A stretch of 64,000 nt of DNA. It comes from Lama glama (lineage: Eukaryota). Each line of letters opens with the position of its first letter. Within the stretch, counting starts at the first letter, position 1. This document shows, piece after piece, positions 55,799 through 64,000 of this stretch. The translations under genes were made by a program, and so were the position numbers. Location: contig CM052822.1 of NCBI GenBank assembly GCA_028534125.1, forward strand, positions 66,960,001-67,024,000, given 5' to 3'. A model generated the notes under the pieces. The model made no database searches, was not told where the DNA came from, and worked only from the letters and a program-made list of their open reading frames with translations.

Positions 55799-56279
55799 TG
55801 TTACCGAACCGGTTTTGCACACAGCGAGCCAAACCGCTGAGACGCCGAAGTTTCTGGCAAAGAGGGTTTCTTCCTGAGGCAGCTGAGAGGCTCAGAGAAC
55901 AAACCTCAAATCTCAAGCCCGCTTCCCCGAAGGCAAGGAGCTCAGGGTATTTATGGGATGAGAAATAAAGCAGCAGGGAGGTGTGAAGCGTGGGGCACGT
56001 GAGGAAAGGTGATTGGAAGGAGGTGAGGAAAGTCGTTCTGCGCAGGCGTCACTAAGCTACCAGCCCTGCGCATGCTCAGCTGGAGGGTGGGCGGTCCTAT
56101 CCAGCCTTAACCCGCTCCCCTGAGCTAGACACAGCTGAGACTCCAAGTTCCTAGAAAACATCTCAGGCCAACATCTTACCGTTCAGGCTCCGTGCTGCTT
56201 GGAGGACACGCAAGTGTGAAAACGACCTTGACTAATGGAGGCCGGTGGAATGCATTTGACTAATCATCACACAGTTTCA
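55799..56279 (-). mobile_element. ERV solo LTR (481 bp) with exact 4-bp TSD
   Basis: TG...CA termini (TGTTACCG...AGTTTCA) flanked by GTCT at 55795-55798 and 56280-56283. Orientation is inferred and less certain than the boundaries. Confidence 0.75.
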
Positions 56280-58129
56280 GTCTCACAAAACTGGAGAACG
56301 ATCTGGCTCCTGCTTGTTTCTTCCCTGTAGAGTGAGGATTAGGGTTGTTGCTGAACAGTGGGTTTTTTCCGTCCTCAAGCAAGGGCAGTCGGTGTAAGGA
56401 AAATAGATCTTATAAGGAAGATCTGTTAGAATAAGTTTGCGCGGTCCAAGTTAGACATAACATGTACCAGGTGGGGAGGGAGTGTCCAAGTCTCCTTTAC
56501 TGAGTACCGGCAGAAAGGAGGGACTGAACAGGAAGAGGTCACAAGGACACCCACCCCATCAGTGCTATGGTTACACTTTGCTCTTAAGTTATGCTCTGCT
56601 TATACACTTATTTGATATTTGCTTAAGCCTAGCTATTCCAGGGAGGAGTTAGAAAACATGTAAGTCAGACTTGCAAAAAAAAGAAAAATGTAGTACACCT
56701 GGCTGTTTAAAACGCTTTTGGGCATGACCTCCACCTACCAGCAATGCACCCCCAAAGCAAGGAGAGCTTGGTGATATGGGAACATCTCCCTCAAACGTTG
56801 AAACCCCAGTGGACAGAGTCCCCAGGTGGCTGCTGGGTGAGGGCACCATCCACCTGTCAGCCTGGCCCTCCTCTAGGTGCTCCTTGCTGGGAAATAGTAC
56901 TTGTTACCGGTGTCTAGAATTCTGCTTCCTGTTTATTTATCAGTTCAAGCAAAGAACTTGTTTTTTAAATTTCTGCAGTATTGGAAAAGCTTGGAGTAAC
57001 GTATTGACATCAGTAAGTCTGTCTTTTCACTTCAAATTTCAGTAATTTTCCAGAGACACTGGTGCTGAGATCCTTAAACCCAGCTACACTGCTTTCCCCT
57101 GTCGGCACGCTCTTATCCCATTGGTGTATGGGTCTCGTCCCATATCCATGGGCTGTGATCCCTGGCAGTGAATTTCTAATAAAAAAAAAAATGTATGTTG
57201 GAAGAGTTCTGAAGTTCTGTCAAAATCTTTTGCATGGATTTTTATGGAACTTGAACTTTGGTTGAGTTGGATTTAATCTTGGCTGCATTTAAGGTTTTGT
57301 TGGTATTACTGGATTCTGGGAGACATGGAATTTGGAGGGTGGGAAGGTGGGTTGATTGGACAAGGAAAATGGGCTGAATAGTCTGTTCATTTAGCCAAAC
57401 ATTTTTGGCTCTACTCTGTGCCTGGTAGAGCAATAGATGCCGTAGAAATAGAGATGAAAACCACATCTTTACCTGCAAGGGTTTTGTGGGGAAGGAGAGT
57501 CAGGAAAGAAACGTTGACAGTATGGCCTGATGAGAATTACGCACAAGGAGTCGGGAACCTCGACAGAGGGCACCCACCTCGAGCGGGGAGTGAGGGCGAG
57601 CCTACCGGAGAGGTGACCCAGACTGGTTCTCCAAGGGCAGAGGTGTGAGGAAAACAGGAAGATCTGGAGTCGGGAGCGGATGCTTGACACGAGCGAGCTT
57701 TGGAGAGATGAAGGAACCGGGTGGGCGCAGGGCCCTTCTTCCCCTGAGGCTGAGGGAGAAAGACAAGGGAGGCAGACAGGCTTGTGGGAGGAGGTGGGAC
57801 TGAGGGAGCTGGCAGGGGCCTGATTTCTCTGGGTTATTCCGGGGAGCAAGGGGTAGGGGGTGGAGAGCGCGGTGAAGTCTCCAATCAGCCACACAAGGCC
57901 TTCCGGCTGGGCATGCGCAGAAGGCTGCCTGCGGTCCGGGGTTCCAGACAGGCGAATCGATCCCCAGGGAGTGGGTGTAGCAGGGAGCTGCGGGTACAGG
58001 GGAGAAAGTGGGTGGAGTTGCGGCGGGCTGGGGAGCTGCTGAGAGCAAGGGGCAGAGAAAATGGAGGCCCAGGAGCCTGCACAGTCCTGAGGCCGCGGAA
58101 GCCAGGCTGAGAGAGCACAGGTGAGGAAA

Positions 58130-58735
58130 CTGGAGTTGCTGGGAGTGTAAAATGGTGCAGCCACTGTGTGAAATGTTGGCGGTTCCTCAAAAAGGTTAAG
58201 AATAAACTGTATAATTCAGCGAGTTTACTTCTAGGCCGGGACTCAGATACTTACACACCAATGTCCACAGCGGCATCGTTTGCAAGAGCCAAAAGATGGA
58301 AACAACTCACTTATCCAACAGATGAATGGATAAACGAAATGTGGTGTAGAATGTTAACTCAGTCTTCAAAAGGAAGGGAGTTCTGACACATGCTACAACA
58401 TAGATGAACCTTGCAAACATTGAGTGAATTAAGCCAGATCATTAGAAGGGCAAATATTGTATGATTCCACTCACGTGAGGTAGCTAGAAAAGGCAAATTC
58501 AGAGAAAATAGAAGGATGGTTGCCAAGCGAGGGGTGGGGGGGGTGTAGGTGCGAGTTTTTGTTTCATGGGTACAGACCTTCTGTAGGGGATGATGAAAGT
58601 TCTAGAAATAGCTAGTGGTGATGTTTGCACAACACTGTGAATGTAATTAATGCAACTAAATGTACAGTTTAAAGAGGTTAGAATGGTCAATTTTACGTCA
58701 TGTGCATTTTACCACACACAAAAAAATTTTTTTTA
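58130..58735 (+). mobile_element. L1M 3' fragment
   Basis: gctgggagtgtaaaatggtgcagccactgtg...acagatgaatggataaacgaaatgtggt...tgctacaacatagatgaaccttg...gttctagaaatagctagtggtgatg. Confidence 0.8.
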
Positions 58736-58959
58736 AGTGCTGGAAGGAAGGAGAATAGGAGTTTCTCATGGTGAGGGCCAGGGCATGGTGGGAGAGCTCC
58801 AGGGGGCAGTCCTGGGGAGGCCCTGGTGATGAGGCCAGTGAGCTAGGAGCTGAAGTCTGGTGAGAGGGCAGGGCCTGGGTGCAGAGGGTGGCCTCGCCCC
58901 AAGCCCACATCCGGATGCGCGTCGGGAAACTCTCAGGACAGCAGACAACAGCAAAACCT

Positions 58960-61900
58960 TAGGCCTCAGATGTCGCTGTACATAAATGACTTACAAAAGA
59001 GGTTGCTTGTAACAATAACCTCTTCAGTCTTAGAACTGGTCTGGTTCTAGAATAAATAAGTGTGCCAGGCCGAGNNNNNNNNNNNNNNNNNNNNNNNNNN
59101 NNNNNNNNNNNNNNNNNNNNNNNNNNNNNNNNNNNNNNNNNNNNNNNNNNNNNNNNNNNNNNNNNNNNNNNNNNNNNNNNNNNNNNNNNNNNNNNNNNNN
59201 NNNNNNNNNNNNNNNNNNNNNNNNNNNNNNNNNNNNNNNNNNNNNNNNNNNNNNNNNNNNNNNNNNNNNNNNNNNNNNNNNNNNNNNNNNNNNNNNNNNN
59301 NNNNNNNNNNNNNNNNNNNNNNNNNNNNNNNNNNNNNNNNNNNNNNNNNNNNNNNNNNNNNNNNNNNNNNNNNNNNNNNNNNNNNNNNNNNNNNNNNNNN
59401 NNNNNNNNNNNNNNNNNNNNNNNNNNNNNNNNNNNNNNNNNNNNNNNNNNNNNNNNNNNNNNNNNNNNNNNNNNNNNNNNNNNNNNNNNNNNNNNNNNNN
59501 NNNNNNNNNNNNNNNNNNNNNNNNNNNNNNNNNNNNNNNNNNNNNNNNNNNNNNNNNNNNNNNNNNNNNNNNNNNNNNNNNNNNNNNNNNNNNNNNNNNN
59601 NNNNNNNNNNNNNNNNNNNNNNNNNNNNNNNNNNNNNNNNNNNNNNNNNNNNNNNNNNNNNNNNNNNNNNNNNNNNNNNNNNNNNNNNNNNNNNNNNNNN
59701 NNNNNNNNNNNNNNNNNNNNNNNNNNNNNNNNNNNNNNNNNNNNNNNNNNNNNNNNNNNNNNNNNNNNNNNNNNNNNNNNNNNNNNNNNNNNNNNTTGAG
59801 CTGAGATGACCTGGCAGAGAAAGATCTGGGCGAGATGACCCGGGGAGGGGCCACGTTCCTCAGACCGGTGACCGAGTCTCACCGGGTCTCCTGTTCCCTG
59901 TTCTCGTTCTGGGGAGTGAGTCTTTCTGTCCAGAGTGTCCTGAATTCATGGGCTGTTGAAAGGTAAACATTTCAACAGATCCATTCTCTTCCCATCCTAA
60001 TGGATACCATATTTGGAAATGTGATATATCAGAGGCTGCAGCTCAATACATGTGGTCAAAGCAAAACGGGATGGAAAATTCCAGTCATTCTGATGTGTTG
60101 CCCCTCTCACTCATCTATGCTGGGGACCCAGAGAGAGCAGCGGCACCCTTCGGGGCCACCTGCCTCCGCTGTGCAGGAGCGAAGGTGCAGCCCGGGCCAT
60201 CCCGGGCCCGTCTGAGATGCCCACGCTGACTCCGACTTCTGAAAGTTCCTCTTCCCCCTCATCCGTAAAGCTATACTTCTCCTATCAGAAATTTGGTTTG
60301 ATATATATATACACAAACATATATATCAACAGCTACATCTATACAGTGATTCTACTAGACTAGAAATTCTGCTGCCCCAAAGTATGAGTTCCTGGCCTGC
60401 TTCATTTGGTTAAAAAAACGCACACAAACAGGATGAGGAGATGCTTTGGAGACCGGAAATGATTGTGCCCTGGAAAAGCCACGGAAGGAAGTTTTCAGGG
60501 AGCGGTAACACAACAGCGGAAGGGTGAGACGTGAAAGGGAGAGTGAGACGGTGGGGAGAAACCAGGCGGCGTGGAGGCGGCCAACAGGAGTACCTGCAGG
60601 AAGGGAGGCGGGGGTCGGGGGTGGGGTGGGGCCACTTTAGGTTCCATTTAGAAGTCACAGAAAGCTACAAAGGATGGGCATGGTCAAGTCACGTTCCAAT
60701 CCCCAAGTTCTTCCTTATAACCTGAGCCAAACTATTGAAATAATCATAATCACAATCACAATAAATCCATCACCCCTTCAACCAATATTGAACAGGGAGG
60801 CAAGACCACCACTCACAGGGATAAATGGGTCCTTCTTTCTGGTTCTTGAGAGCTTCCTAGGGGTCCTGGGTGCCTGGGTGTGGGGCGGTGGTGACAGCAA
60901 GGTGGAAGCCAAGGTGGCCACGGAGACAGTGACCCAGCACAGGAAAGGGGTGGCAGCACTAGGAGGCTCGTGTGGAGACTGGCTAAATGGAACTAGAGAG
61001 TGAAGGCAGAGCCCTTTTCTATATACTAAAAAAAAAAAAAAAAAGCCAATTTCTATGCCTCTATTTTTATGATTAAGCCCCAAAGACAAGGACATAAAAT
61101 TCATTTGGTTAATTAAAACACAGGAGAAAAGAAACCAAACAAACAGAAGAAAGTAGGAGTAGAATTAGGAGGGGCAAGAGGCAAAAGATTTTACAATGAT
61201 GATTCTAACAACAAAACTGTAATAAGAACATACTATCAACAGAGTTCACAGGGAAAAAGCAAGTGCATTGAGAACAACCACCAGTTCCCTGCCTGGTTCC
61301 AGGTGTTTTGCAGTTTTCGAGGTGTTATCTGCTAAAGGGATGCCCTTTAGCTCACAGCAGGTCCTCTGCACTAAGGCTGTGGCACAAGAGAAAAGAGATT
61401 AACCAAAACTCTTAGGGACACTGGCACCTTCCAGGCTGTTCCTGCAGGACGATGGGCCCACTCTCAATCATCATCTCTACTTGGATGGGTCTGCCCCTCC
61501 CCCGTGCCCCTCAGTCCCCAGCCCCCTGTTCCGGCTCACCAGCACTAAGAATCTCTAGGAAACAATCTAGGTCCCGCCTCCTGGTGACCTAGGCTTCAAA
61601 CTGAAGTTTGACAAAGAGTAAAAAGTAAACCCATCCTTTTACACTTACTTTGTTTTAAAGGGAAAAAGCAATAAATGACAGCAGGTATTTGGGAAAGCTG
61701 ACCAATAAATACGGGCACAGGGGTGTGTGACTTTCCCTGCAAAACACCCATCAACATATCGCTGGGGGCCCAGAACTAGCAGCTGCACCGTTGGGGCCAC
61801 CTGCATCCCAGTGTCTCCCACTGCCTGGTGACTGGAAGTCAGTGGACCAGTGAATAAGGTAAACGTTCACATCAAGACAAAGATCGGCGAACCAGGGATC

Positions 61901-64000
61901 TGTTCTCTCTGCCTCTTCCAAGATGTCAAAGAGAAGGCCTTGAAGACCAGTGTGGATACAACATGGCATGAGATCTCTGAATCTGGTCTGGGCTGTGGGC
62001 TCACCCTGTCCCATTAGACCTGGAAATCCTTTCACATTCTCTCGCGTTCACATGGAAACCAGTAATGCAGAGGGAAATGCTCATGTTAGGCTACACAACA
62101 GGATGGGTGGAACACACCTGCCGTGGGGGAACATGGCCTCCTACTGAAGAGGTGATTGCTGGGGTTTGAAAATGTCAGTTATAAACAGAAACTTTCTTTT
62201 AAAAGTACCAGTTGAAATGTAAACTATAAAACACTTTAACTATAAAACGTAGCCAGAAATATGCTTAAGTATCCCAGTCAATTATTTAGTTTATGAATTT
62301 TAAAATGTGACTCTCTCGATATCTTAGAAGGCTAACAGCATTTTACAGTGGCTAAAAACATATATATTTAACATATGCACTTGAAAATCACATTTGATTA
62401 CAAAACACAAAGAATAATCTCTTCCTTGGTTTAATTTTTGTTGTGAAGATTAGCTATTTTCAGAGTTCACCTAAGCAACAAGGACCAGGGTATGCATTAA
62501 TCATTATTTTCAACCCACACAGAATTCATAGTCTTTTAAATCCCAAGATCAAGCTGGCTACATGATTTCAAAAAAAGGCTAAAACCAGGATGAATGCCCA
62601 CGTTTGAGGTAATTATTGCCATCAGGTCACAGTTTGTATAAGATAATGTATCTAAAACCTTCTTTTAAAAAAACCTTCAGGTGTTCTGTCAGAATTCCAG
62701 AAGACCTATGGAAACCAACCAGGATCTCCGAATCTGATTAGTTGGGTTTGCTTCCATTGGAATTAAAGTTCTAGAAGATTCTAGAACTTGTGTAAACTAC
62801 CTAAGAATTGAGGCAAACAAGCCCAGAGCCAGTCAGTAAAGAAGTTTTTAAAATAAAAAAGAAATGAAACCCCACCCCAAACAACTGAGGAGCTGCTTCG
62901 TGACAAACAGTAATTGTTTTCTAAAAGATTAAAAATCTAATCCTAAAGCATTTCTAAATTCTTGCCCCCTTTCGACCAAAATAAAAATGCTTCTGTATTA
63001 CTATTTATCTCATACCTTGGCAAGAGACTCTCCTTCCTTATAACCTCAAAGTTGGCTGGTTTTTCTCAGTTGAAACAATAGTTGCTCTCCATTTCTTTGA
63101 GAAATCTATCCCAAAAGAAAACTTTTTGTTCTTCTTTCTAAAAGCCATCTTGTCTTTCTCCTTTTTTTTTTCTTTTCTGTTTTTTTTTACACAAAGAAAA
63201 CAGTTCCTGGACACTAGACCCACACACGGTATTTACAAATTTGGTGTGAATCCGGCATCTGGGTCTACCCAGAGCTGAAGAGTGGATCGCTTACAGAGAC
63301 CAGAGTCATCATGATATTTATCAGTGCAGTAAAAAATAGCATTTTGAAAAAAATATATACCTTTAGTATTGCCTTTTCTAGAATTAACTATAAGCAAGAA
63401 AAAAATTATTTTTTTTTAAAAGAAGGAAAAAAACACCACTTTTTTTTTTTCCCCTTCACTCTGATAAGAGTTTGTTGTAGCAGCAGCACTACGAAAGCTA
63501 GTTGGTACACTGGAAAGGAATCGAAAATGAACTCCACTATGACTCAAAAGAAACTCCCCTAAGATTTTCTCTAAAAGTCAAACTGATTCTGCCCCTGCTG
63601 CTTGGATCCAATTCGGGAATCCCTCTTCACACAGACCTTCTGCTGAGTTCCACGCACAGGGCAGGGGTGGCACGGGGCCATGTTCCTTCAAGGCTTTTCT
63701 GCACACAGACACCCAGGAAACAGCCGAGGCTGGCACCTGTGAGTTCCATTCTGGAGCTGGGCAGATGCAGGTTCAAGGCCCGGCTCCCCTACTAGCTGTG
63801 TGACCCTGGGCAGGTCACCAGCTCCCCAAGCCAGCTGCCCCATCTGTAAAGGGACCACTAATGCAGATTTCATAGGGTTGTTGTGAAGATTAAATGAAAC
63901 AGGATAAACATGAGTGATTTTCAGCACAGTGTCTGGCACACAGAAAATGGGAGCATCATTAAATAGTTCATTAGAAATACGAGGCCACTCACTGAGAATT
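58960..64000 (-). other. HIPK2: Probable distal part of the long HIPK2 3' UTR (boundaries uncertain)
   Basis: Repeat-poor sequence, A-rich on plus (U-rich on minus), with minus-strand Pumilio elements and miRNA 8mers. Its position about 12-17 kb beyond CLEC2L fits the known KLRG2-CLEC2L-HIPK2 order. No HIPK2 coding exon is in the window, so this is synteny-based inference. Confidence 0.5.
63765..63965 (+). mobile_element. MIR SINE
   Basis: ggttcaaggcccggctcc...actagctgtgtgaccctgggcagg...catctgtaaa...catagggttgttgtgaagattaaatga...agcacagtgtctggcaca (MIR core). Other MIR fragments lie near 33170-33330, 35240-35400 and 37820-38000. Confidence 0.8.

Noticed and set aside
58959-59882. Long ORFs spanning N blocks
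   Set aside because: Artefacts of translating N as X.

Overview
Mammalian genomic DNA, very probably a camelid (tRNA-derived vic-1-like SINEs and cetartiodactyl-type L1 3' ends). It is syntenic with the human KLRG2-CLEC2L-HIPK2 interval. The window holds the first three coding exons of KLRG2 (minus strand; the last exons should lie left of the window) and the complete five-exon CLEC2L gene (plus strand, 212 aa, intact splice sites, polyA signal). The right end is AT-rich and probably the distal HIPK2 3' UTR (minus strand). The rest is intron or intergenic DNA rich in L1, MIR, MaLR/ERV LTRs and MER DNA transposons, with several N-masked stretches. The most interesting unexplained structure lies between the two lectin genes: a phase-compatible chain of exon-like segments (20109-24789, plus) that splices to a 154-aa ORF, ending in an orphan CpG island with a CTCF-like motif and minus-strand splice donors. 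Two further orphan promoter-like elements (about 48.4 kb and 57.9 kb) and a solo LTR with an exact 4-bp TSD are also notable. Gene and repeat-family names come from recalled sequences, not from a database search.
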